From the NCBI GenBank assembly GCA_013265495.1, contig MU057744.1, positions 2,245,370 through 2,309,369 on the forward strand: a DNA stretch of 64,000 bases. Direction: 5' to 3'. The notes below the pieces were generated by a model. It was not told the origin of the DNA, did not search any database, and saw nothing but the letters and a program-made list of their open reading frames with translations. The DNA comes from Vicugna vicugna. Taxonomy: Eukaryota. The position numbers and the translations under genes were made by a program. This document shows positions 23,581 through 36,385 of the stretch, piece by piece. Positions within the stretch are counted from its first letter, which is position 1. Each line of letters begins with the position of its first letter.

Positions 23581-25737
23581 CTTTAAAGACTTGTCTTAAG
23601 ACGGAAATTATCTCAGTCATTTGGTGCCTCACCGCTAGCTCTTCAAGAGGCCGGTCTCAGTCAAACAGACGGGAGGAGAGCCGTCAGCCTTCAGTTACCA
23701 GGAACCTCATTCCATAATTCGCTTTGTGTTCTTACACATCCGTCTTCTCTGAAGATACGCTAAGATTTAATCCAAAAATCCGTTCTCAAAGGAAGGCAGG
23801 CGGACTTGAGAGCACAGAGAAGAAGCAGGTGAGCTTTGGGGAAACACATCCTCTCAGAGGTGCAGTTTGCAGGTCGGCCTGGGAAACGCCCCTCTGGCCG
23901 CTGGCGCCGAAGTGCGCGCTCGGGGCCAGGCCTTGCGACCCCGCGCACCTCACCGGACTCCCCGGGCCCCGTGTGGTCTCCGTTCACTGCGCTCTTTGCA
24001 GCTGTAGCATCCGTCTTTCCTCTCCGTCAGAAGGAACCACAGGAGGGGCCCCGGCACCCCAGAAACGGGGCGAGGGAAGGCAGGCCCACCGCGGCTTCTG
24101 GCCGCTGAGCTCTTTTCGGACACGAAGCTGTGAGGACGCAGAGGCCGAGCAGAGCTCCAGTGCACACAGCCTCACACCCCTTCTTTACGGGAGGTGTGAT
24201 TCTGCTGAGCGGTTTCATGGGGGTTTTGGCCATCACGGGTAGACTGGGGCACTTTGCTGTTCGTTCTAATTAATTTTTAAAGTCAGTGTTTTGCTCTGCA
24301 CTTAGGGAGGCGCGAACAGTTGAAGAATGATCTCTGAAGCCGACAGTGCGCAGAGAAATGCAGGTCAGTCCTTTCGATAATGTTTTTTCTTTCATTTTCT
24401 TTCCTTTTTTGGGGGGGGTCACATTTCAACATACTTTTTCTAAAGAAGAAAGCAACAATGAGAAGTGATTGTCACCTCCAAGTACCTGTAGAAAAGCACA
24501 TGAGCTTCTCAGGACAGGCTTCCAGTGTTCTGACCAAGGACTGAATTTTGAAGCCTCCCTGGGAACCGGAGGCACAGCCGCTCACTGCCCGTGGGCGAGG
24601 ACAGGTGGCAGAGCGCCGGGGGGTACGAGGGCCCAGCAGAGCCCGGGCCCCAGAGCCCTGGCTCGCTCCCCGGGCCTCCTCCCACCGCCTGCAGTCTCAC
24701 TGACACGTCCACACTCAAGTGTCTGCTTCAGGTTTACTCTGTTCCACCGTATCACTTCATCAAAAGAACTCAACACAGTATTTACAGAAAACTACAGTTC
24801 ATTAAAATGTGAAGACTTTTGGTGAGATTTGCAATAATCAGATTTAAGGACATGTTATTTAAAGAGCTGTTTCACAGGGCGTCCTGCCAGAGAAGCGAAT
24901 TCTTTGGAGGCATAAGAACACGTCTACACACCTTAAGTCAGGAACGTTGACAGTGGATTCCTTCACCTGTAAGTAAATTCCATCCACTTTGGAAGCTTGA
25001 AAGGATCTTATACTCACTGGACACTCGCTAGATACCACACAATATAAGCACATTATTTCTTTGAATTTTTCAACTGAGGGAGCAGGTAAGAATCTCAATC
25101 TATGTGCTCAGGTGTGTGCAAGAAATAGGAGTTACTTCCTTTGTAAAAGTTCAGCCTATTTCAGATTTTCAGCCTTCATCTCTCCTTGATGAGTCTGTAC
25201 TGCTGGGAAATTCAGTCTCAGCCACTCAACCCCATTCCTCAGCGTCTGGTTTTCACTGAGGTCCCGAGCTGTTATGAAAAGCTGAAGCACGGGCGTCGGA
25301 GGGGACCCCGATGTGGCCTGAGGATGCCCGGTCCCAGCGTGCCTTGAATTTCCCCAACGCCCTGAGGCCCTCTGCTTCCCGGACGCCCCTGGGAACGAGG
25401 AGCCCTCGGCGGGACTGGCAGCACCTGTCCTGGGCGGCCGTCTCCCTCAGTGCCCTGCTCAGGCCTCCTTGCTTAGGGGTTGCCCAGTCCCCACTGCCTG
25501 GGATCAGTGGGGGAAGAAGACACTGCAGGGCCTCGGGGACATCGCCGACCTGCCTGTCTTCCCCCTCCCTCCCTTCAGGGGAGCTCCCCTTCCTGCCTCT
25601 GGTTTCACATTATCACTCTTGCTCTTAACCTGCATCCAAAATAACCAGCGAAAACGTCCTGGATGGCATTAGACCTTTAGGAGATACGAGGAAAGCCGCT
25701 GACCTCATGGTGATTCTTCTTTATAACTTGGCCATGA

Positions 25738-25958
25738 AGTTTGCAGACACACAATACTGTGTGTAAAACAGATAAACAGCAATGTCCTGCTGTAGAGCAC
25801 AGGGAACTATATTCAATATCTCACAGTAACTACAGTGAAGAGAATATGAAAATGCACGTATGTACATGTATGCCTGAAACCCTGTGCTGTGCACCGGAGA
25901 CGGACACAACACTGTAAACTGACTGTACTTCAACAACAAGAGAAAAGAAGAAAAAAGA
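25738..25958 (+). mobile_element. LINE-1 3' UTR fragment
   Basis: GATAAACAGCAATGTCCTGCTGTAGAGCACAGGGAACTATATTCAATATC...ACTGTAAACTGACTGTACTTCAA plus A-rich tail. Confidence 0.88.
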
Positions 25959-26397
25959 ACAATAGCCCCATTCAGACTCATTTTCTTGTGTGACCACAGA
26001 ACCTCCATTATCAGGAGGCAGGCTTTCTCTTCAGTCTTAAGGGAGCCGTCTGCTACCTTCAGCTTTTCTCTGGTGTCCCCATTTTGGAGCAGTGGGTTGG
26101 ATGAGGATAAATCAAGTGCGGCCCTAAGCTGGTGCAGATCTGGGACTTAATAAAGCCAGACGCCACCCCTGGAGCGTCTGTACAAAGTATGGGTTTCTAC
26201 CGTTTCTCTGAGTCTGCCACCATTACATCAGTTTCCTGCAGTCGCCCAGGCTCTGTCGATACCCAAAAAAAAACATTTTGACTGAAGATCCACACGTCTC
26301 AACCCAAATGTGCAGATCAGCACAATCAGGACTTTGGCGAATTTCTGAACTGACCTGCTCGCTTACAGAACCATGATAACGGAACATCCATACGCAT

Positions 26398-26590
26398 CAC
26401 TGTATACAAAATAGGTAAACAACACGGACCTGCTGTACAGCGCCGAGAACTACATTCAGTGTCTTGTAATGAGCCGTGATGGAAAAGAAACGGAACAGAA
26501 CCGTATGTTTCTGGGCAGCTGAATCCTTTGTCGTGCACCAGAAATCAACACAGCGTTGGAAACTGACTATACTTCTGCTAAAAGAAAAAT
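26398..26590 (+). mobile_element. LINE-1 3' UTR fragment (GC-shifted)
   Basis: ATACAAAATAGGTAAACAACACGGACCTGCTGTACAGCGCCGAGAACTAC...AACTGACTATACTTC. Confidence 0.85.
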
Positions 26591-27326
26591 GGAAGAGAAA
26601 ACTTGGCTAAATCGCCGAGACACAGTTTATGAAAACTCCCTGCCTGCCTGAAGCGGATGAGAGTGTGTGGAGAGGAATGGTCACCGTCGTGACTCGGACT
26701 CGCCCAGGGGAACACGGTTCCCGCAGGGCCTCGCGAACGTTCTTACAGGAGCGGGAGTGCGTTCGAGCGGCAGACAGTGCTGAGGACTGTGCTAGAGAGG
26801 CAGCCTCCGCAGCCTCCCACACGTTCTGCTTTCTAACTGGAGTTCTGCATTGAACGCGTTCTCCCAGGTCTTAAGTTCCACCTTTACCCGTGTAGAAACT
26901 GTCTGGTGCGGTTCCAGCCCCAACCCCCTTCTCTCTGTATACATAATAAAAATTTTGTCTGAACTGCAAGACTAAAACGAGCATTCCCATTAAGGAGCTA
27001 GAGGAATAAATATTCATTCTTTTATCAAGTGTTATTTGGGGCATCAAATATGGATAAATCCAGAAAAACAGAAGGCCTCGACTTAGATGTCTTGGCATTC
27101 CACACGTTTATTTCATCCCTTTTTGACCCCACGCTTTCCACTGAGAGAAGGATGTGGACCAGAAGACGTGGCGCTGACCTGATTCATATGTGTGTTGGGC
27201 CAGGTTACGGAGCGGGACGAGTTGGAGTCTGTCGAGATTTTCAGTCCAAAAGTGAAATTTCTCACAATACTGAATCAGGGTGTCAAGGATTAAACAGCCG
27301 GAATGGCCTGTAACCTTTCTCTCAGC

Positions 27327-27534
27327 CAGTGGTTCTCAGCGTGGGGCGATTTTACCTCTGGGGACATTTAGCGACGTTTAGGGCCATTTCTGGTTGTCAC
27401 AACTCGGGAGACGGTGCTAAGGCCTCTGGTGGGTAGGGGGCGGGGAGCCAGTAAGCGCCCCACCGTGCGTGGGGCAGCTCCTCACAGCAGAGACGCTTCT
27501 GTTCTAATACGTCAACGCTGGGGCGGAGAAGCCT
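27327..27534 (+). mobile_element. MER20 non-autonomous hAT-Charlie DNA transposon, near full length
   Basis: CAGTGGTTCTCAGCGTGGGGCGATTTT...GGGGACATTT...TGGTTGTCACAACT...GGAGAAGCCT follows the MER20 layout, including terminal inverted repeat remnants. Confidence 0.88.
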
Positions 27535-29595
27535 TTCTTAAGTTGTGCTGTGAAAAACATCTTTCACTGCGGCAGTTGCTAAACCTCCCACTGGGTCTCC
27601 ACGTTCTTCTAGGACAACATTATTCACTTGTAAATCAAATATTTACTGACTGTCTAATACGGCTCCTGAGTTTTCAAAAGTAAAATAAATGTTTGAATAG
27701 ATGCCAGTCTGCATAACACCAGCTCCAAGGGACTGAGAGAACCTTTTAAAGATACGGCTCTGAGCACATATTAATGAAAAAAAAGCTATTTAGTTTGTAA
27801 CCTGAATATTTTATTAGTTATGAACACTTAATCCTGATATAGCTTAAAAATGAGACCCACACATCAGAATGTCCTAGAATCATGTCTGAGCACTGCTGGG
27901 TTAAAGTACAAACTTCTCAAATCCTTCTGAGTCAAATCTGTTAAATGCTGTTTTCCAAATTAATTATTGGGCACCATGTTATGGCTGGGTGAAGTTTTTA
28001 TTTTTTAGAATTCACTCTTTTCATACCTTGTTTCTTGCAAAATAATTTTTTGGCTTCCTTCTCCATATGTGACCCTACCTTGGCCATTAAACACCAATTC
28101 TCTAATTTTTTTAAAGGCCACCTTCAAGGACAAAATATGGAATTTGTCAACAGGTATATTGTAAAAGTGTGCTGTGTTTAACCCAGATGCGGTCAGCCAC
28201 GGGCTGTCTCCCACAGGTGGGGCAGGAACTGGGTGGGAAATCTTGCAACTTTTCTTCTTCCTCTAAATTTTTCTTTGCATTTCAATTTACGTTGAAACAA
28301 TGTGGGAATAGCTTTTTTTTTTTTAATAACACAGTGATTGGTTGACTTACTGGCAAATAAAAGAAACTGAGGAAAGACAAAAGGTCACAGAAGTAGAAAT
28401 GATGTGCGTAATCTAATCTAGATAATTGTGAACTGTCTCTTAAGTCTAACGCGAGTGGACATCTTAGCGTACGTTATATTTTGCTTGAACTACGTCGTGT
28501 GTGTGTATATATGTTTTATATATATATATATAAAAATTATTTCTGAATTTAGATTTATCCATTTAAATTAGGCCACATTAAACAACGCTCGCCTGTGCTG
28601 ACACGCAGTCCCTCCGGAAGTGTTACTGGCTGAGGGACAGTTACTGCCATGTGCAATTCACCAGCGATGCATAGAGATTTGCTTGATGTGTAGAAGTGTT
28701 TAAATGTACAAATGGTAACTGTGACCACACTTACAGTTATACCTCGCATGCTGACTAAGAAGATAGATGGAAGCAAGTGCCTGACAGCTCCAGTGGCAAA
28801 CTTTTTAATGAGAAAATGTGGGAAATGCTACCAGGCATATGCAACTCCATGAAACAATAATTACCAATATCAGAGGGTTTTTACTATGTGATAAAGCAGC
28901 TGGTTACATGTGCATAATAGACATGACTGCAATTTACAAATCTGGCACCTGGCTTCTTTAGAAAAAGGTCAGGTTTTGGCGGTTTCTTTTTGTTTGGTTT
29001 TAATTTCAAAGTAAGCGAGCATTTCCAGATCCACCTCCATCGCCGTGTGTTTGTGTTTTCCGGCCCTCCGGGGGTCTCTCACGCTGGTGTGTCTGCTTGG
29101 CGCCCTCAGTTCTCTGCAGTCAGGAGGTGTCCAAAATTATAAACAAGTGTTTTTCTCACTATGAATAGAATACATCGTTCTACTTGGGGCTCAGTCTGTT
29201 TCTCCCCTCCTGCACAGAAAATGTCTTGCTTTCTGTTTTCTTTCTAATGCAAGCCAACGCTGCACGTCTTATAACACATTTGTTTTAAACAAAATATTTA
29301 AAGAAACAAGACATGGCTTCAGTAAAATGACATCCCTGCTCTTGGTTTACGTTCACCATTCAAATACCTGACTGACCAGCTCATGTTGTTCAATGAGATC
29401 ATTATCATAAATTTTATGTGTGTATATATACACACACACACACACACAATTTGTTTTTTGACTAACTACAAAAATGGAAAAAAAGATGATGTTTAATTTA
29501 ATCTTTCAAGCTGTATCGAGATATAGCCTACCTCTAACAGCTTAATTTTAAGTACACAGATTGAAGCCCAAAGTTGTAATTACTTACGTAGCAAA

Positions 29596-29597
<2 letters not shown>

Positions 29598-29639
<42 letters not shown>
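29598..29639 (+). repeat. Perfect (TG)n microsatellite, about 21 units
   Basis: Direct reading. Confidence 0.97.
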
Positions 29640-29642
<3 letters not shown>

Positions 29643-31667
29643 CTTACAGGCGTATGGAACATGGGGGATGGTGGGTAATCAGTGAGGGAGTGGAGCTGGC
29701 ATGTGTTCTTCACATCAAGAGGAAAAGACGAAATTGTCTGTCTCAACTGAAAAGACAGAGGCCAAAAAAGTAAATTGGAGCCTGTGGGGCTGAGAATTTA
29801 CTTAGAAAAAATTGTTTCTAATACCTTGTCATCAAAACGGATTTGGAACAATTAAAGCAGAAAGCAACTATTGTGTAATCTTCTCGTCTGTTGGAATTCA
29901 AAACCCAGGAAATTTGAGATAATTTAATAAACATAAAAGGGAATGATAAAAGGAACCCAATTATGAGAATGAACACTCTCAACCACCGGCAAGTAATACC
30001 GAGATAATTGAATAATTCTAGAGAGAGTGGATGCCAAACTTTAAATAGCAAATCATTTAATGGCACTGCAGAACGATTCGGAAAGGAACGGAAATTGAGA
30101 AGAGAGTTATTTGAATGTTTACAAAATTACAAAGTTAACTTCTGGGAAGGAGAGTGCACAGGAATGTAAAAATGCAGACATCCTGCTTCAGCGAATCGGG
30201 CCAGCCGAGCCCAGTGGGTGACCGGGGGCGGGCCTGTCCCCGTCCTCAGGGCCCCGCTTCTCTCTCCAGCTCCTGCGCTGATTTCCATTTTGCTCTGTTT
30301 TGCTTCCTTGAGCGCCCAGACCTGGTTTTTCGTTTTCTTCCCTTCACCAGACTTACATCAACTTATCTTGCGTTCCCTATGATTTTTGTCCACTTTCGGA
30401 CTTTTTTTTCTCATCTCCATTTTACCTGTCAAATTCCACATCCTCATGGAACCCCCTGCCTCATATTTCCAATTACTTTCACGTGTGTTCCAGCTCTTCC
30501 TTCGATGTGGACATATTAATGAGGACCGATTTTGTACAGGGCATGGGCAATTCATTTTACACTTGTTTTCCTAAGTTTAAGTATCAAAATATTTGCTTAC
30601 ATCCCCCAGAAATTCTCTTCCTTGTTGCCTTTTTTGGCGGAAAAAAATTAAGTTTCTCATATGCACATTCGATGATTAAATTCCATTTTAAATAAAGCCT
30701 TTTGAGGATTTTTTTACTATAGCACCAGAGATTTATTCACAACCCAAGAAAAATAGATCTTTGATATCAAGAGGGATTAGCAAGTTCACTGGGACACGCT
30801 GCCCGGATCCAGCAAGAACGGCAGTCACCGCGTGCTCTGTGTGCGTCCCCGTGCCCCCCGTCCTACTTCCAGGTCACAGCAGATCTGGCTGCTTTTAACT
30901 CATTGCTCTGACCGCTTGGGTAGCACATGAACAGTCGTGTCCTATTTATCATCTGAATCTTTGTGCCTCATCATTAAAGCACCATGTTTGGTGAGCTATT
31001 AAAAAGAAAAGCCAAGAATGCCCAATTCGCCATAGACTTTCTATGAAATAGTCTACTAAAATAATCTCAAGGTGAAGTGACGCCACCGTCTGATGGACAG
31101 CTGGCACTCACTACGCAATCGGCAGCTCTGACCATAAACGTCAAGCACAGCTGCTCAGCCCTTCTCCACCGGCCTCGGCAGGACCCACATCTCCATGTGG
31201 ACACGCTGTCCTCACCGACAGCATGCACCTCGCTCGATCAGAGACCTGAAAGGCAGCTTTCGGGATTATTCTTGCTCGTTTGGAACTTGTGCTCAAGGAC
31301 AAGTTATGTTACTGAGCGTTTTCTCCTTCCTGTCTCGCTTTACTCGACGATTACCCTGTTCCTCATAAAGCACCAACATTTTCATCCCATCCAAAATCAA
31401 AACGTACTTGCATCAGGTGCCCGAGCGCCCCCTGGGTTCTCTAACAGCCCTTTACCCTGGATCACGGGACTGGCTTTCGCTTTGTTCTGAAGAAGGCGTC
31501 TTATCTTTCCACCGCCCAGTATATCAGCTCTCGTCAAGAGACTGTGTTTACTCAACTCTTGTTTCATCTTTGATTTTACACTCACCATTACTTCTTCCGA
31601 GCAACTTTGTTCTACTCCTTACAGCACCTTTGGTAATTTTCACCTGTCATTCAAGGATGTAACAGTT

Positions 31668-31702
31668 TGTGTGTGCGTGCGTGTGTGTGTGTGTGTGTGT
31701 GT
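31668..31702 (+). repeat. Imperfect (TG)n microsatellite
   Basis: Direct reading. Confidence 0.92.
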
Positions 31703-31739
31703 TCACACGCGCACGTGATTCGGTCTTCAACTAAATGTG

Positions 31740-32090
31740 TCAAAGTAACTCCTCCAAGTGTTTTCGCGATTCCTTTGCCTCGAACAAGCCACCGTTTTAT
31801 CGATGTCATTTTATTTAATGTCAGTGCAGTCATTTCTGTTTCCACTGACTGGCTTTTCCCGACGATGGATGAGCCACACTTGCACGTTTGTGTGCCTGGT
31901 GTTTTTGACTCAGTAACAGGCGTTGTGAATGTCGTTTCTGTCTTGCTGAGCGCCGGAGCTCGCTGTTTCCCCTCAGGGTACTTACCTTCCTCTGGACAGC
32001 AGCTCAGTTACGTGTGGATTACTTCTGTGCTTCTGAGACTTGCTTTTAAGCTGTTTTATGGTGAGTCTAGAATAATCGTAACTCTAAGGC
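31740..32090 (-). mobile_element. Ancient L1 (L1MC/MD-like) 5'-region remnant
   Basis: TGCCTGGTGTTTTTGACT...GCAGCTCAGTTACGTGTGG...GACTTGCTTTTAAGCTGTT resembles antisense L1MC/MD 5' end. Confidence 0.6.
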
Positions 32091-32149
32091 TTCGTTATTT
32101 CTCTTACTTCTTGTTTGTTTTTTGTCTGTTTAATTTTTATTATTTATAG

Positions 32150-32266
32150 TTTTTTTGGGGGGAGGTAATTAGGTTATTTATTTTTTTAAATGGATGTCCT
32201 GGGGATTGAACCCAGGACCTTGTGCATGCTAAGCACACGCTCTACCAGGGAGCTGTAACTTCTCCC
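32150..32266 (-). mobile_element. Vic-1-type tRNA-derived SINE
   Basis: Reverse strand reads TGGTAGAGCGTGTGCTTAGCATGCACAAGGTCCTGGGTTCAATCCCCAG...AAATAAATAACCTAATTACCTCCCCCCAAAA. Confidence 0.93.
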
Positions 32267-32989
32267 AGTCCTATTTCTACGCCACGGCCATTCTGGTGTC
32301 GCTGTGGTGGGTCTCATGTCTTCAGCACATTTTCTTTGCTACGGGTGGAGGGAGTGTAAATGATTCTTGGCCTCCTGTGTGTTTACACGTAGACTCATAG
32401 AGCGTGAACAGTTTACGTACGCCTGAATAAAACTGTTTATTTTCTGTGAAACTAGAAGGTGACGAGTGGCACTGTCACTGGGGAGGAGTTCACACAAGCC
32501 TTTGGAAGGCACACTGAACACAATTACTGGGGTCCTTGGTGGCTGTTCTCCTAAGACGGAACAGACGTAAATGGTGGAAAGCTACTGACAGCCAGCTTTC
32601 CAGGTCTGGATGAAAGGGCCAGAACTGAGAATGAGAAGATGACAAGTAATTTAACCTACATTCTTAAACATTCTCCATCCTTCATCCCAAGATACAGCGT
32701 GTGCAAATGGAGGCATTTCATTACAGATATGAGTTTGATGAAGATATACCAAGGCTCTGACACAGAGTTTATTTGCTAGAAAATAACATGAGAACCACGT
32801 AGGGAAAAAGCCTTGTAAATGTCCCTGCAGCTAAAGAAGTGTCATTTCCCCAAAATCAGACTTTAAAGAAATAATGGCCCTTCTCAGAGGAAACGGTTCT
32901 CTGATAATTCACACATTCTAACCGATCTGTGTGTGCGCATTAAACACATTCCTGTGAATTACTATCCTTAGTCACTTGATTCCTGTACC

Positions 32990-33545
32990 CGATCTGATGC
33001 ACTGAAGTTTATACACATCTCTGCTGTGCTTTGGGGAATAAATTCTAAACCCCTAAAGCTTGGTTTCCATAATCTTCAACATTCTGGCTCATCCCATATG
33101 TTTTTCAGTTCCACGTTCCACTTACTCTGTTAAACTCCCTTTGTGATCTCCCACTGGACAGCGTGACAGCCTTCCCGTGCTTCGATCCGACTCTTGTTTC
33201 AGGACTAGCTGGAGTTCCCTTCACCGCTCTGCCCCCTCCCCTCCCAGGTGGCGGTCATCTCGCTCCACCTCCCTGACACAGTTCTCGTGCCACTAATCAC
33301 GTGCCTCCCTACGCCTCTGGCTCCCACCTGAGCCCTGCCTGGTTTCTGGGTCGTAACCTGCTGGACCTGCTGGGTGGCTGCGTGCCCTCTGCCTCCTCTG
33401 AACCCACTCAGCACGCCCCTGGTGTGTGGTGTTTCTACGTGCCTCCTTTAGCTCGTTCTTGTCCTACAGAGCCGGGACCAGACCATCTTCCTTTTGTGTG
33501 CGGTCGTGCCAGAGTGTTTCCGACATGAGGTTAGCTGAATGACAT
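32990..33545 (+). mobile_element. Probable L2 3' remnant
   Basis: GGGAATAAATTCTAAACCCCT...TCTGGCTC, pyrimidine-rich body, ending GGGACCAGACCATCTT...GCTGAATGA, as expected of an L2 tail. Confidence 0.5.
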
Positions 33546-36078
33546 AATTCAAAAGTATGTTTCTGGGTTACCCCTCTGCTACGTTAACATCCTTTCTGAC
33601 GGAATGATAGTTGATTAAGCTCAGGGGGCTCCATCCGGGCTTCTGGCTGGTCCCCTGAGTGTGTGGAGACATCAGTTTAGACTACGGCTCTTAATCACCT
33701 GATAACTCAAAGTACTGGCGGGCAGTTCAGTGTTCTTCACGTAAAAGCTTCAAACCTGTGCTTTAAAATTAACTTGAATAATTCAGCATTGCTTATGTAT
33801 AATAATTTAGTTTAATTTAGGCTACGTGTGCTTTTCTCTGAGTCCTTTTCTTCAAATGACCCAAATGAAGACGTGTATGAGGGTGGACATTAGAGATGAG
33901 GGCCCCATGAATACCGAAGTCCCACGACATACAGGATTCCAACTCTTTGAAAGCCAGGTACAGTACTTAGATCCAAATGCAGTACCATTTGAATGGAATA
34001 CATGTGGTGAGTGCAGTGTGCAGTTTGGCTGAATAGTCATTCCAACCTCATTTCAATGAACCAAGCTAAAAAACAAGCAAAAACAAACAAAAAACAAAAT
34101 CAAAAGAAAACTACAGTTCCCAGATGATCTTTAAATGCAAAATAACCAGTGATTTACAGCCTTGCAGCAATTTAGGTGTTAATTGGAATCAACTAACCAT
34201 CTGATTCACAGAACTACGCGGAACTTATCTTAAGATAAATTTGACTGCGGCAATGCAATCATCTAAGGTCGGCGATGACACTGACCTAAAGAATGCCAAA
34301 TACATAAAACTTATAACCAAACCTTTAAGTATGAGCGATTTTGTTACCTTTAAAGTAAAAAGTTTAGAACTATTTAAATATATTATAATGTTCCATGAAC
34401 ACCCTCGTATGCTTCCTAACAGTGACATTTCTGCATAAAAGACATATGGCATTTTCCTTTTATTTGCTGTTGACACATTTTCTCCAAATATGTTTCACCA
34501 ATTTATGTTTATATTTAAGAGTATGTGTTTCACAACATCCCCTCCAGAGCTGCCTTTTATCAAGCTTGGAAAATGTTTGCCATTCTTACATGCAAACAGC
34601 CAGGCTTCCCCCTCTCTGCCCAGACACACCTGCTCATCTGAGCATGCACATCTCCCCCAACACACCTAACTTCCATTTTGTCAGCACCGTCCCTTCCCCA
34701 GTGCCATTCTTGCTACTTTAGTTGAAATCACATAACATTTCCGGACAAGCGTTTGGGGAATTGACCTTTTAACTAAGAATAGGTCATTTTTTTCTATTCA
34801 TCAGTTCACCTCATTTGTTCTTCAGTAGGGTTTTGACATTCTCGCATTGCTGGTAAGTACGTCCTCCACACCAGGAGCAGACGCAGAAGGTGTCTCTGGC
34901 GATGACAACCTCAGGCATGTCAACAGCAGTCGAGATCTTGGGAATTTTATTTCCCATCTGACTCTTTCTAGACCATCAGGCCTTTGAAGAGTATTTGCTC
35001 AAAGACATTCAGGTAAATCGGTTCTATTATGATCTAAGGTTCAGGTCCAGATCCTCACCTGGTCCTCTGTGCAGCTGAGCTAGACGCAGCGTTGCCTAAA
35101 CATTTAGAATACATTTTAGCCCTTTGACTTAGCACTTAAAACCGAGTGCACTGAGCTAGTAACTCCTGTTCCCTGCACTCTGAACCCTGCACGCATGACC
35201 TTGCACATACAGGAGGCCCTCCCGAAATAGTTACATCTGCTGGATGAACTGCCCAGGAAAAGAAAGCAAGCTGAATCCCCAACAGAAAATGTCAAAAGAA
35301 GAGAAGTTTCGCCTAGGCCCTTACACTTGCTCCTCCTTCATTCACCTGACCAACAGCCCTCAGCATTACTGTGCTGGCGTACTTGGATGCTTATCATAAG
35401 CAGGTGTTTTTCCAAGGGTTGGGCAGAGGCTGGCGTGCAGAGCTGGCGGCGTCTGCAGTCAGCGCAGCTGTGAGACCTGTTTGGAAAACGGGAATTTGTT
35501 CCTATACGGCCGATCTGTTGTGGGACCGTCGACACATGATGCGTGTTTCACATCTGCTCATCTCTGCTTCTGTCTGTGAGCAGCACTAGGCGCCCGGCTG
35601 AGCGTGGTGACGCGGGAGGACACACATGCACCCAGAACACACCCTGGACAACTACCAGCTACCTCCGTTCCCACGCGTGTTAGGAGTCACCACTCCCCGT
35701 CCAGTGTCTGTGTGCTGCTGGCGCTCTGAGCGCTGCCCCCAGCCCCACTTTCGCGAGCCCTGGGGCTGCATCACTCAGTTTTACCCAGTGCAGCCGCGGT
35801 TAGGAGTGCAAACCTCCCCTCACAGCAGAAATGACTGTTTATTCTCCTCCTGGGCGAACCCTCCACCCTCAGCTCTGGTCTAGTAAACCAGGCGGCTTGC
35901 TGCCCTCGGGAGCATAGGGCGTTGCACAAATTCGACGTTTGCTACAACTTCATTGCAAAACTTAGACGCAATGTGTTCTTCTCACTTTCTAAGCCTTTTT
36001 AAAATCAAGACCCTCCGCGAGAAATGCAGTTAAGTTTTTCTCTGTGCCTAATCAAGTATTATCCAACTTTTAAGATGT

Positions 36079-36385
36079 ACAGACATAGTAAACAATCTTA
36101 TGATTACCAGGGGAAAGTGGATGTGGGAAGGAATAAATTTGGGAGTTTGAGATTTGCAAATGTTAACCACTATCTATAAAAATAGATTAAAAAAACAAAC
36201 TTCTGGATAGCACAGGGAGCTATATTCAACATCTTGTAGTAACCTACAACAAAAAATATGACAATGAATATATGTATATATACACACATATATATACACA
36301 CATACACACATGACTGGGACATTATGTAGAGCACCGGAAATTGACACACTGTAACTGACTATGCTTCAATTAAAAAAAAAAAAAA
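36079..36385 (+). mobile_element. LINE-1 3' UTR fragment with polyA
   Basis: ACAGACATAGTAAACAATCTTATGATTACCAGGGG...CACTGTAACTGACTATGCTTCAATTAAAAAAAAAAAAAA. Confidence 0.93.
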
